A stretch of 32,000 nucleotides of DNA from positions 16,366-48,365 of the forward strand of contig CAWAEW010000031.1 in NCBI GenBank assembly GCA_963781055.1, in the 5' to 3' direction. Shown in pieces: positions 23,896 through 32,000 of the stretch. A program made the position numbers and the translations under genes. This DNA is from Terriglobia bacterium. Lineage in GTDB: Bacteria; Acidobacteriota; Terriglobia; Acidiferrales; UBA7541. Within the stretch, counting starts at the first letter, position 1, and the number at the start of each line of letters is the position of its first letter. The notes under the pieces were generated by a model. The model saw only the letters and a list, made by a program, of their open reading frames with translations. It did not search any database and was not told where the DNA came from.

Positions 23896-25905
23896 CTAAG
23901 CCTTCTGCCGCTCGAATTCCTCGGGCCGCAACTGCAACCCGCAGAATTGAGCGGTCCTGTTTGCCGTGTTGCGATACCGCGCGAGCGCGTATAACGGAAA
24001 ATAATTGCGGTACAAATGATATTTCAGATAAAAAACACAAGGAAATCCAGTGCCCGTAAACTCATTCTCCGCCCAGGAACCATTGGCTTCCTGCTGCTCG
24101 ACCAGATGGTTCACCGCCCGAGCGATCGCCGGGTCCTCCGAATCGCCGGCCGCCAGCAATCCAATCAGCCCCCACGCCGTCTGGGAAGCCGTGCTGGCGC
24201 CTTTGCCTTTCAGCGCGGGATCATAGTAAGACGCGATTGATTCTCCAAATCCACCGTCGGGATTTTGCACAGCACGAAGCCATCCGACCGCTCGCTGGCA
24301 GTATTCGCGGGCCGTCAAGGCCACCGTTTCCAGGGCGCGCAGCACTCCACTGGTCCCATAGACGTAATTCACTCCCCAGCGCCCGAACCACGGCCCTTCC
24401 GCAGTTTGATCTTTCAGCAGGAATTGTACCGCACGCCGGATCACCGGATGGCTTGCGGGCCAACCATGACGCCCCAGACATTCCACGACGCGCGCCGTGA
24501 CATCCGCGGTCGAGGGATCGATCATCGCGTTGTGGTCGGCAAACGGAATGTGGCACAGAAAATGCCTGTCGTTATTATGGTCGAAAGCGCCCCAGCCGCC
24601 GTCGCGGTTCTGCATGGCCAGCAGCCATTCGAGGCCGCGCCGCGTCGCGGCTTGCATCCGCGCCTTGTCCGGATAATCCACGCGCTGCAGCGCCATTAAG
24701 ACAAACGCGGTATCGTCGACGTCCGGATAAAAATCGTTGCGAAACTCAAACGCCCAGCCCCCCGGCATCACGCCCGGAGTCTTGACCATCCAGTCGCCCG
24801 ATCCAACAATCTGATTTTCAAGCAGCCAGTCCGCCGCCTCGACCAAGGCCGGATGATCCGGCGGCAAACCCGCTTCCTCCAGCGCCACCATGGCGATGGC
24901 CGTGTCCCAAACCGGCGAAACGCACGGCTGCACGCGGATGGTGTCTCCCTGCTCGATCTCGAATCGCGAGAACTCTCCAATTTCGCGCGCGGTGAGCGGA
25001 TCGTCCGGCGAATGGCCCAGCGCCAGAAGCGCAAAAATGGAGTTCATCATGGCCGGATAAATCGCGGCCAATCCCTCGGTTCGTTCCAGGTGCTCCAGCA
25101 GCCATTCGCGCGCCTGGCGCAGCGCCCGTTGCCGCAAGGGCTTCCAGGGCACGCGTTCATAGAGCTTGAGGCCGCGATCCAGCGCCAGAAAGAAATTCCG
25201 CCAGCTGAAAAGTTGCTTATCCCATTCCAGGCCGAGCGCCTTGCGCGAAGGGTCCCGGTACAATGTTTCCACGGAAATGCCATCCGGCACGTCGAATCGG
25301 GGCTTGTGCGCGTACAGGATCGTCAGGGGAATTACAATTCCGCGCGTCCACGACGACATCTCGTAAATATTGATCGCAAACCAATTCGGGAGGAGCATCA
25401 ATTCGGGCGGCACCGCCGGCACCATGTTCCAGCCGACCGCGCCTACCAGCGCCAGATAAAGCCGCGTGTAGGAATTCGACGCCTCGAGGCCTCCGAGTTC
25501 GTGTACACGAGCGCGGGCGCGAAGCAGATATTCGGATTCCGCCGGATCGCCCGCGAGCCTCAGCGCCACGTACGCTTTGATCGTTGCATTCAGCTCGGAC
25601 GGCCCGCCGAAATAAATGTTCCAGCCCCCATCCTCCAGTTGCCGCCGCCTCACGTAGTTAGCAAGCTTTGCAATCCGGTCGGGCCGCGCCTTGCCGATCA
25701 CGTGCAAATAAAAAATGTAGTCGGATTCAAGGGTTGTGTCGGCTTCGAGTTCGCCGAGCCAGTATCCCTCAGACGCCTGCAGGGAAAGGAGATAATTCGC
25801 ACCGCGATCGATCGCTTCGGAAAGGCGCTCTGCCAAAGCCGGAAAGACACCCGAAGATCGAGCGCCGCCGGACTCTTCAAATTGTACTCGCGTTCCTAAT
25901 GCCAT
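23896..25905 (-). CDS. shc: Squalene-hopene cyclase
   Basis: 669 aa, intact. It has repeated QW motifs, the catalytic DxDD in FYPDVDDTAFVLMAL, GGWGAFD, and the typical C-terminal GTGFPCVFYLKYHLYRNYFPLYAL. Confidence 0.95.
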   Translation of the reverse strand: MALGTRVQFEESGGARSSGVFPALAERLSEAIDRGANYLLSLQASEGYWLGELEADTTLESDYIFYLHVIGKARPDRIAKLANYVRRRQLEDGGWNIYFGGPSELNATIKAYVALRLAGDPAESEYLLRARARVHELGGLEASNSYTRLYLALVGAVGWNMVPAVPPELMLLPNWFAINIYEMSSWTRGIVIPLTILYAHKPRFDVPDGISVETLYRDPSRKALGLEWDKQLFSWRNFFLALDRGLKLYERVPWKPLRQRALRQAREWLLEHLERTEGLAAIYPAMMNSIFALLALGHSPDDPLTAREIGEFSRFEIEQGDTIRVQPCVSPVWDTAIAMVALEEAGLPPDHPALVEAADWLLENQIVGSGDWMVKTPGVMPGGWAFEFRNDFYPDVDDTAFVLMALQRVDYPDKARMQAATRRGLEWLLAMQNRDGGWGAFDHNNDRHFLCHIPFADHNAMIDPSTADVTARVVECLGRHGWPASHPVIRRAVQFLLKDQTAEGPWFGRWGVNYVYGTSGVLRALETVALTAREYCQRAVGWLRAVQNPDGGFGESIASYYDPALKGKGASTASQTAWGLIGLLAAGDSEDPAIARAVNHLVEQQEANGSWAENEFTGTGFPCVFYLKYHLYRNYFPLYALARYRNTANRTAQFCGLQLRPEEFERQKA

Positions 25906-26079
25906 GGCTTATGCCCAAACCTCAACCATATGTGATGCAGTTCCATCAAGGAACGTTCGTCTGAATACACCAAATCTTCTGCCCTCAGTGACGTTTAGTA
26001 TGCCTTGGGATTTTTATCTCATTTGCCCGGATAGACGTATCCATCCGCCTCAAGAAAGACCCCGGAACCCCCGGTGCCT

Positions 26080-26108
26080 ATTATCTTCAGTATTTAAACG
26101 CGGGTCAA
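26080..26108 (-). promoter_or_regulatory. Sigma-70-type promoter candidate for the shc/hopanoid operon
   Basis: The minus strand reads TTGACC (plus 26103-26108), a 17-nt spacer, then GATAAT (plus 26080-26085). It lies in a lower-GC 256-bp gap between the lpxD stop and the shc ATG. The predicted leader is ~165 nt. Confidence 0.4.
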
Positions 26109-26161
26109 CAGGGATTGCGTTTGGTGTCAAATGAGTAGATAGCACGTTTCTTTCCAATTCC

Positions 26162-27196
26162 TTAGCGGCTCTTGGGGCTGCCCGTTTCATTGCCTTTTTC
26201 GAGGTTCCGGATACGTTTGGCAAGTTCCGGCAAACGGCTGAACCAGGCAAATTGCTCCTTGAACTTATCCAAAGGCCGTGCGGGTGTCCCCCAAACGATC
26301 TGCCCGCTGCGAACAATTTTACCTGGCAGGATTCCTGCTTGTCCGCCAATCACGGCGCCGTCTTCGATCTCGCAATGGTCTCCCAAGCCGGCCTGCCCGC
26401 CAAAAGCCACATTACGCCCAATGATGGCCGAACCGGAAATGCCCGTTTGCGCCGCAATCACCGTATTTTCGCCAATGCGCACGTTATGCGCAATGTGAAC
26501 AAGGTTGTCCAATTTTGAACCAGCGCCAATTTCCGTCCGATCGAGCGATCCGCGGTCGATGGTCGTATTCGCCCCGATTTCCACGTCATCATGGATCTCA
26601 ACTTCTCCCACCTGTGGAAATTTCCAGCGTTTCCCGCCGGCTTCGACGTACCCAAACCCGTCCGATCCGATCACTGCGCCGGAATGCAGGATCACGCGGT
26701 TGGCGAGACGCGCCCCTGCGTAGAGCGTCACGCGGGGATACAGCCTGCATTGTTCGCCGATCGTGGCGGCGCGGCCCACGAAACAAAATGCGCCAATTTC
26801 GGTGTTCGCGCCGATTGTCACTCCGTCCTCGATCACCGCGTAAGGCCCCACGGCAACTCCATTCGCAAGCCGTGCCGTGGGCGAAATAACGGCGGTCGGG
26901 TGAATCCCCGCCGCAATCGGAGCCGGAGGCAGGAGCCATTCCGCCGCGCGGGCAAAGGTGAGTTTCGGATTCTCCGAGCGAAGCAGTGTCTTTCCGGCAA
27001 GCGCCAGGCCCTGCGGAATCACGACGCACCGGGCGGCCGAGGCCGCGGCCCGCTCCAGATGCTTGGAAGTCTCCACATAAATCAGGTCCGAGGCGCGTGC
27101 CGAAGCAGGCGCGGCAACGCCGGAGAGTGCCGTCGAGCCGTCGCCTTCCATCGTGCAGCCCAGAAATTGCGCGAGTTCGCTTGCAGTGCGTGTCAT
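26162..27196 (-). CDS. lpxD: UDP-3-O-(3-hydroxyacyl)glucosamine N-acyltransferase LpxD
   Basis: ATG 27196 has GAAGGAGAG 7 nt upstream. The N-terminal [10 protein letters not shown]...[24 protein letters not shown] is followed by long left-handed beta-helix hexapeptide repeats ([14 protein letters not shown]..., [41 protein letters not shown]). Confidence 0.9.
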   Translation of the reverse strand: MTRTASELAQFLGCTMEGDGSTALSGVAAPASARASDLIYVETSKHLERAAASAARCVVIPQGLALAGKTLLRSENPKLTFARAAEWLLPPAPIAAGIHPTAVISPTARLANGVAVGPYAVIEDGVTIGANTEIGAFCFVGRAATIGEQCRLYPRVTLYAGARLANRVILHSGAVIGSDGFGYVEAGGKRWKFPQVGEVEIHDDVEIGANTTIDRGSLDRTEIGAGSKLDNLVHIAHNVRIGENTVIAAQTGISGSAIIGRNVAFGGQAGLGDHCEIEDGAVIGGQAGILPGKIVRSGQIVWGTPARPLDKFKEQFAWFSRLPELAKRIRNLEKGNETGSPKSR

Positions 27197-27233
27197 AGCG
27201 CGTCTCTCCTTCATGAAATGCTTTCCAATCGTG

Positions 27234-28190
27234 TCATTTTGGCGACGGATAGGCCTGTGACTCGCCGAGCGGACGGGATTTCCACCGGCGATGCAGCCAA
27301 AGCCATTGATCCGGGTAGCGGCGCACGTAATTTTCGATCACGCGCGTGAACTGCTGCGTATTTTCTAAAATGTCCCTTGCGTCGTCACCCGTGCGAGTCA
27401 GTTTCACAGCAGGCTCAAAGCATAGCCTGTATTTTCGCAACGCCGCGTCCCAATGCAAGAATCCGGGCACGACGGCGGCATCGGTGTGCAGCGCAAACCT
27501 CGCAAGGCCCGCCGTGGTGCAGGCCGGGATGCCGAAAAAATCGACGAATACGCCCTCGGCGTGCAAGGTATTGTGATCGGCCAGAATTCCAACCGTGCCG
27601 CCCTCGGCCAGGACTTTCAACACCGCCCGCGCCGATTGATTTTTTTCGATGGGCAAGTTTCCGCTGAGGCAGCGGTACCGCGTCACGAGCGCATCCACGA
27701 GCGGGTTATCGATGCCGCGCGCCAGGAAATGCAGCGGGTGGCCAAACAGCGCCTGGGCAAACGGTGCGACCTCCCACGCGCTCATGTGGCCGGTGAGAAA
27801 CAGGACCCCTTTGCCGCGCACCTGCGCCGCCGCAAAATTCTCAAAACCGTCCAGAAGAACTATCCGGTCAATATTTTGTTTCGTGTATTTGGGAAAATGG
27901 GCAAATTCCGCCGCCATCCATCCCAACTGCCGCACCATGCCGCGAATAGCCGCGCGACGCTGCTTCTTGTCCCAATCCGGGAAGGCAAGGCGCAAGTTCT
28001 CGTCTGCCGCGCGCCGCAATCCCGGCCGCAGCCACAATAGAAATGCGGCCTTGCCCGCGCCCACAAATCTTGCAATGGGACGCGGCATCGCGCCAAGCGT
28101 CTTGAGCAGCAGCCACGCCACTGCATATTCCGCACGTTCTCGCACCCGGGGATTATACCGGGTGCGGGCTCTGCTTGGTGCCCGCATCAT
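27234..28190 (-). CDS. Lipid A biosynthesis lauroyl/myristoyl-type (LpxL/HtrB family) acyltransferase
   Basis: 318 aa. ...[32 protein letters not shown]..., [11 protein letters not shown] (HX4D/E acyltransferase motif), GILADHN, and the C-terminal [13 protein letters not shown] typical of the family. Confidence 0.8.
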   Translation of the reverse strand: MMRAPSRARTRYNPRVRERAEYAVAWLLLKTLGAMPRPIARFVGAGKAAFLLWLRPGLRRAADENLRLAFPDWDKKQRRAAIRGMVRQLGWMAAEFAHFPKYTKQNIDRIVLLDGFENFAAAQVRGKGVLFLTGHMSAWEVAPFAQALFGHPLHFLARGIDNPLVDALVTRYRCLSGNLPIEKNQSARAVLKVLAEGGTVGILADHNTLHAEGVFVDFFGIPACTTAGLARFALHTDAAVVPGFLHWDAALRKYRLCFEPAVKLTRTGDDARDILENTQQFTRVIENYVRRYPDQWLWLHRRWKSRPLGESQAYPSPK

Positions 28191-28256
28191 AAAAGTGCGG
28201 GGAATACTTTCGCCGCGTTACTGAAAACTCTGCCCGCCAATGCTAGACTCACTCGC

Positions 28257-29885
28257 TTGGATTCTGCCGCCCCAATTCGATCGCGCGCCGCCGAAGAAGG
28301 CAATTTCGAGATTCCCCTTTGGAGCGTGCCACTCATTCTCGTCGTACTCTACGTGTGTTTATTCAGCGGGCTGGGCGCGCTGGGCCTGGTGGGCCCGGAC
28401 GAACCGCGTTACGCCGCGATTGCCCGGGCCATGGCCGAAACGCGCGACTGGGTAACGCCCCGGCTGTGGGGGACGCCTTGGTTCGAGAAGCCGGTGCTGT
28501 ATTACTGGGCCGCCGGAATTTCCATTCGCATTTTTGGCGTAAGCGAATTCGCCGCGCGCCTGCCTTCGGCTCTTGCCGCATTGCTCGCCGTCGTTGCCGT
28601 GGCGTGGACTGCCCTGCGATCGTTCGGCGCGCGCGCTGCGTGGTTCTCTCTGCTGATGCTGCCTACGTCGGTCGCCATGATTGGCTTCTCGCGCGCCGCG
28701 AGCCCCGACATGCTGTTTGCCGGGCTTCTGACCGCCGCAATGGCTGTCGCCGCCGAAATATTGCAGAAACCCCGCCCAGGGCCGATTTTGCGTATCGCAT
28801 TCGGATTTTTCCTCGGCGCTGCCGTGCTTGCAAAAGGCCCCGCCGCCGTGATCCTTGCCGGCGGCGCGACGCTGCTTTGGGCAGCGATTTCGCGCGAGTG
28901 GCGCGCGCCGTTTCGCTTCCTGCACCCTCTAATTATCGTTGTCTTCTGCGCGACATCATTGCCGTGGTACGTCCTGTGTGCGCTGCGCAATCCTGATTTT
29001 CTCCGAGTTTTCATCCTGCAGCATAATTTTGAGCGCTACCTCACTCCCGTCTTCGAGCACCGCCAGCCGTTTTGGTTTTATGTGCCGATCCTGTGCGTGG
29101 CGACCATGCCTTGGATTGTTGCGCTCGTCCGCGCTTTCTATCGGAAATGGAATGGGGAGGGGTGGCGGCATTCTCTATCGCTTTTCGCTTTTTGCTGGGC
29201 CATTTTCCCGCTGCTCTTTTTCAGTTTTTCGCAGTCCAAGCTGCCCGGCTACATCCTTCCAGCGATTCCTCCTCTGTTTCTTTTCATGAGCCGCGCCGTG
29301 GAGCGCCTGTTTGCGTCGAGTAACCGGGGAGCGGCCGTTTTCACTGGAATCACTGGAGCGTTATTTATCGCAGCGGCCATCTTTTCGGAAAAAGCCCTGC
29401 TCCGAACCGGCCATTTTTTCAATATTTCCACTGGCCGTATAATTTTTCTGCTGCTCCTCATCGGGGTTGGCGGATTGATCGCCGCCGGCCTCAGTGTGTG
29501 GAAACGGCCCAGGGCCGCGCTCACTGCGCTCGTTTTGGTCGTCGCTTCAATTTTAGTTTTTCTGAACTTTGGAGTCCTTCCCGCCGCTGACGCACGTATC
29601 TCCGCGCGCCCCGCCGCGCTCGACGCTTTGCGGCTGGACCCTGCCGGCCAAAATATCGCGTTCAGCGACCTCAAAAGAGATTGGCACTACGGGCTGAATT
29701 ATTATTTCGGGCGTGAGTTGCCGGAATGGACTCGCGGCGCGCCGCTGCCGGAATGGTTGTTTACATCGGAGAAAAACGCCAACGAACTCGAGCGGCGGGG
29801 AGACGGCGTCCGCGAAGCGAGCCGCGTGGGCGCGCCGTTCGTCGTCCTGCTTCACATCTCGCTGGACGTCCGGAACTCGCCTTAA
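28257..29885 (+). CDS. ArnT-like glycosyltransferase family 39 (PMT_2) membrane protein
   Basis: GLVGPDEPRYAAIARAMAETRDWVTPRLWGTPWFEKPVLYYWAAGISIRIFGVSEFAARLPSAL is the GT39/ArnT N-terminal signature (DE-x-RYA ... KPPL-like). It is polytopic and hydrophobic, 542 aa. The only in-frame start near the 5' end is TTG 28257, so the start is uncertain. Confidence 0.8.
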   Translation: MDSAAPIRSRAAEEGNFEIPLWSVPLILVVLYVCLFSGLGALGLVGPDEPRYAAIARAMAETRDWVTPRLWGTPWFEKPVLYYWAAGISIRIFGVSEFAARLPSALAALLAVVAVAWTALRSFGARAAWFSLLMLPTSVAMIGFSRAASPDMLFAGLLTAAMAVAAEILQKPRPGPILRIAFGFFLGAAVLAKGPAAVILAGGATLLWAAISREWRAPFRFLHPLIIVVFCATSLPWYVLCALRNPDFLRVFILQHNFERYLTPVFEHRQPFWFYVPILCVATMPWIVALVRAFYRKWNGEGWRHSLSLFAFCWAIFPLLFFSFSQSKLPGYILPAIPPLFLFMSRAVERLFASSNRGAAVFTGITGALFIAAAIFSEKALLRTGHFFNISTGRIIFLLLLIGVGGLIAAGLSVWKRPRAALTALVLVVASILVFLNFGVLPAADARISARPAALDALRLDPAGQNIAFSDLKRDWHYGLNYYFGRELPEWTRGAPLPEWLFTSEKNANELERRGDGVREASRVGAPFVVLLHISLDVRNSP

Positions 29886-29893
29886 CAAAAGCG

Positions 29894-30826
29894 TTAAGGA
29901 TTGCCCGCGGGCGGCAAATTCGCCAGGAAAAAACTCACGATGCGGTTTTCGTATTCGCGCTTTTCATCGTCCAGCATCCCCGCGTAATTTCCGTGCGCCA
30001 GGGTCACCAGCTCGTGCGGCGCGGGCGAAGCCTGGAACAATTCACGGGTGCTCGCGGCGAGAATCGGCTCTTCCGGCGTTTGCATATAGAGCTGCGCGAC
30101 ACCCGCCAGCTTCTGGATGCGCAGATTCAGCGGCGGCGCGTTTCGATACTCGGGATTCAGCCAGTCAAATCCCAGCCTTACCATGCGGATAATAATAGGA
30201 AACGAACCAAGTCCCATCCGGTTGGCGAGCAGAGCGGCCATATCTTTGGGACGGTTGTAAGGGGATTCCGCCGCGACCGCGCGCACCCGCGGGTCTCCCT
30301 CGGCTTCCGATAGCGCCACGTACGCGCCCAGGTTGGCGCCCCACAGGCCGAAATGTTCGGCGTCCACATCGCCGCGGTTTGCGACCGCGTTCATGGCCGC
30401 ACGCAGCTCGGCGACTTCGTGAAACCCCAGCGTGGACCGGCCGCCACTTGCTCCCTGCGCCGAAAAATCAATGAGCAGCACGTTGTACTGGTGATCCTGC
30501 AGCGCCGAAGCCAGCGTGAGCAACTCTCCTCGGCTCGATTCGTAGCCTGGGCAGAGAATTACGGAAGGAGCCGATTTCAAGCCCGGGAAAAACCAGGCGT
30601 CGCGCTGCCCTTCGCCCGCCACGCTATAGGACATGACCTGGGGATGACCCGGAAGATTCTGCAAATCAATCTCGGAGTGGCTTTGCGCCGGCAAAACGAT
30701 CTGGTACACCACATACCCGGAGATCGCCGCAGCCGCCAGGAACCCGAAAAAAGCGAGCGCCAAAATGGCGATGACGAGCTTGGAGTACCATGCCGTGGGA
30801 TATCGCAGTTGGGAAATGAAGCCCAT
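29894..30826 (-). CDS. Membrane-anchored alpha/beta-hydrolase fold protein with Asn at the nucleophile-elbow position
   Basis: ATG 30826 gives MGFISQLRYPTAWYSKLVIAILALAFFGFLAAAAISGYVVY (TM anchor), then ...VILCPGYESSRGELLTLASALQDHQYNVLLIDFSAQGASGG...HFGLWGANLGAYVAL (GxNxG where GxSxG is expected) ...LAHGNY. The 5' extension of the track ORF to 31036 would overlap the GNAT gene start at 31035 and lacks support. Confidence 0.7.
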   Translation of the reverse strand: MGFISQLRYPTAWYSKLVIAILALAFFGFLAAAAISGYVVYQIVLPAQSHSEIDLQNLPGHPQVMSYSVAGEGQRDAWFFPGLKSAPSVILCPGYESSRGELLTLASALQDHQYNVLLIDFSAQGASGGRSTLGFHEVAELRAAMNAVANRGDVDAEHFGLWGANLGAYVALSEAEGDPRVRAVAAESPYNRPKDMAALLANRMGLGSFPIIIRMVRLGFDWLNPEYRNAPPLNLRIQKLAGVAQLYMQTPEEPILAASTRELFQASPAPHELVTLAHGNYAGMLDDEKREYENRIVSFFLANLPPAGNP

Positions 30827-31034
30827 GCGCTCGGAATCGTGGCCAGAGGGCGAAGCTGAGCCCAGCCGGTCCAGACGCTGGGGCGCACGACGCGACGCTC
30901 GGCTGGCGCATGTTAACACAGTTGGCGGCGCGCCGTGGCCGGATGGTCTCTTCAATGTTTCTGAAATACACCGGGTCGTCACTATGGTAAAAAGGATTAT
31001 GTGCGCCGCGACCCAAAGGCTGGAAACCTTCCCC

Positions 31035-32000
31035 ATGCAGATCGTTGATCTGCGCCAATTGTCTTCCCGGCAGCTGGAACCGTTGCTGGCCGAGGAGGCC
31101 AGGCAATGGAAGGAAGAACTCCGCTGGGATTATCAGGCTTCGGTTGAACTGATCAAGAAATTCGTGGACGCGCGATCTCTTACCGGCTCCGCGATCCTGG
31201 AAAACGGGCGTCCGGTGGGATACGCGTTTTATGTTCTGGAAGAGCACAAAGGATTGGTGGGGGGGCTGTTTGTCTCTCCGCGTTACTCGCAGCAGGAGTT
31301 GAGCCATCGGCTCCTGACCGACACGCTCACTACTTTGAACGGCATTCCAAAACTCGATCGCGTGGAAGCCCAACTGATTCCCTTCGGTTATGCGCTCGAC
31401 CAAGTCCTTGCCGATTACGGATTCCGCCTCTACCAGCGGCAATTCATGATCGCGCCGCTGGCCCCGGCCAACAACATGGAGGCCATCGACGTCCTCCCCG
31501 GGCTGATTCGCGAGGGGCCGGGCGAGGGCCTGATCCTGGATCGCTGGGATCACCGCTATTTCGAGCCCTGCGCGCGATTGATCCAGCTCGCGTACGCCAA
31601 TCACGTCGACGGCGAAATCAACGATCAGTACCGCAGCGAATCCGGCGCGCTGCGCTTCTTGAAAAACATTATTATTCTGCCCGGCTGCGGACAATTCCAG
31701 CCCGAAGCCTCCTTCGTGCTGCGCCCGCCCCATGCCGGTTATCTCGCCGGAGTCATTTTAACTTCGCGCGTATCCGAAGGCGTGGGCCACACCACGCAAA
31801 TCTGCGCCATGCCCGGATATCAGGGACGCGGCTTGGGCCGCCGCCTGATGGAAGCCTCCATGCAAGCGCTGCGCGTGCGCGGGTTCACCGCCGTTTCGCT
31901 GACGGTCACGTCCGGCAATGAACGCGCCGTCCGCCTGTACGAAAAACTTGGATTCGCAACCGTAAAGAAATTCGCGGCTGGTGTGTGGACCGCCTATTAA
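31035..32000 (+). CDS. GNAT family N-acetyltransferase (two GNAT-like halves)
   Basis: ATG 31035 gives MQIVDLRQLSSRQLEPLLAEEARQW.... The C-terminal half ICAMPGYQGRGLGRRLMEASMQALRVRGFTAVSLTVTSGNERAVRLYEKLGF carries the Q/RxxGxG/A acetyl-CoA motif. Stop TAA is at 31998-32000. The start is ambiguous; upstream in-frame Met codons lie at 30984 and 30999. Confidence 0.7.
   Translation: MQIVDLRQLSSRQLEPLLAEEARQWKEELRWDYQASVELIKKFVDARSLTGSAILENGRPVGYAFYVLEEHKGLVGGLFVSPRYSQQELSHRLLTDTLTTLNGIPKLDRVEAQLIPFGYALDQVLADYGFRLYQRQFMIAPLAPANNMEAIDVLPGLIREGPGEGLILDRWDHRYFEPCARLIQLAYANHVDGEINDQYRSESGALRFLKNIIILPGCGQFQPEASFVLRPPHAGYLAGVILTSRVSEGVGHTTQICAMPGYQGRGLGRRLMEASMQALRVRGFTAVSLTVTSGNERAVRLYEKLGFATVKKFAAGVWTAY

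Noticed and set aside
28240-28455. ATG-initiated 71-aa ORF overlapping the 5' end of the GT39 gene in another frame, considered as a possible true start plus frameshift.
   Set aside because: Its translation (…WARWAWWARTNRVTPRLPGPWPKRATG) is not membrane-protein-like. The required shift would be -1, unlike the other indels. The GT39 signature is entirely in the 28257 frame.
1-32000. Search for CRISPR arrays, IS elements or transposases, integrases, prophage genes, toxin-antitoxin pairs and known defence-system genes.
   Set aside because: None found. There are no regularly spaced direct repeats, no terminal inverted repeats flanking a transposase-like ORF, and every substantial ORF is accounted for by metabolic, envelope or stress families.

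Overview
High-GC bacterial chromosomal window. Gene content suggests Acidobacteriota, but that is inference only and no search was possible. It is densely coding, and I saw no CRISPR array, IS element, integrase or rRNA.

Left third (1-11.8 kb): a stress and RNA-repair neighbourhood.
- OsmC-like gene, absent from the supplied ORF track.
- Lon-related AAA+ protease translationally coupled to a tandem USP.
- Cys-rich mini-protein, PEBP/YbhB and a CBS-pair protein.
- archease-rtcB.
- YtxH, a small basic/acidic protein and a NUDIX hydrolase.
- A divergent RpoD-like sigma factor and a Mut7-C RNase.

Middle (12-15.3 kb): MFS/DHA2 exporter, tRNA-Lys(UUU), hpf and a zinc-ribbon protein.

Core (15.4-25.9 kb, minus strand): one co-directional hopanoid biosynthesis cluster, shc-hpnH-hpnA-hpnG-[two Zn-dependent MDR alcohol dehydrogenases]-hpnC-hpnD-hpnE. 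Most adjacent genes have overlapping start and stop codons. The main lead is the ADH pair coupled to hpnG. I propose it as a candidate for the ribosylhopane-to-bacteriohopanetetrol reductase, which to my knowledge has no assigned gene.

Right end (26.1-32 kb): lpxD, an LpxL-type acyltransferase, an ArnT-like GT39 glycosyltransferase, an alpha/beta hydrolase with Asn at the nucleophile position, and a tandem GNAT.

Major caveat: at least 12 conserved genes or gene segments between 1.3 and 23.1 kb are broken by +1 frameshifts. In 11 cases, removing one base from a homopolymer run restores the conserved protein. These are most likely sequencing or assembly indels, not biology. I annotated such genes as single frameshifted units (type pseudogene, as sequenced).
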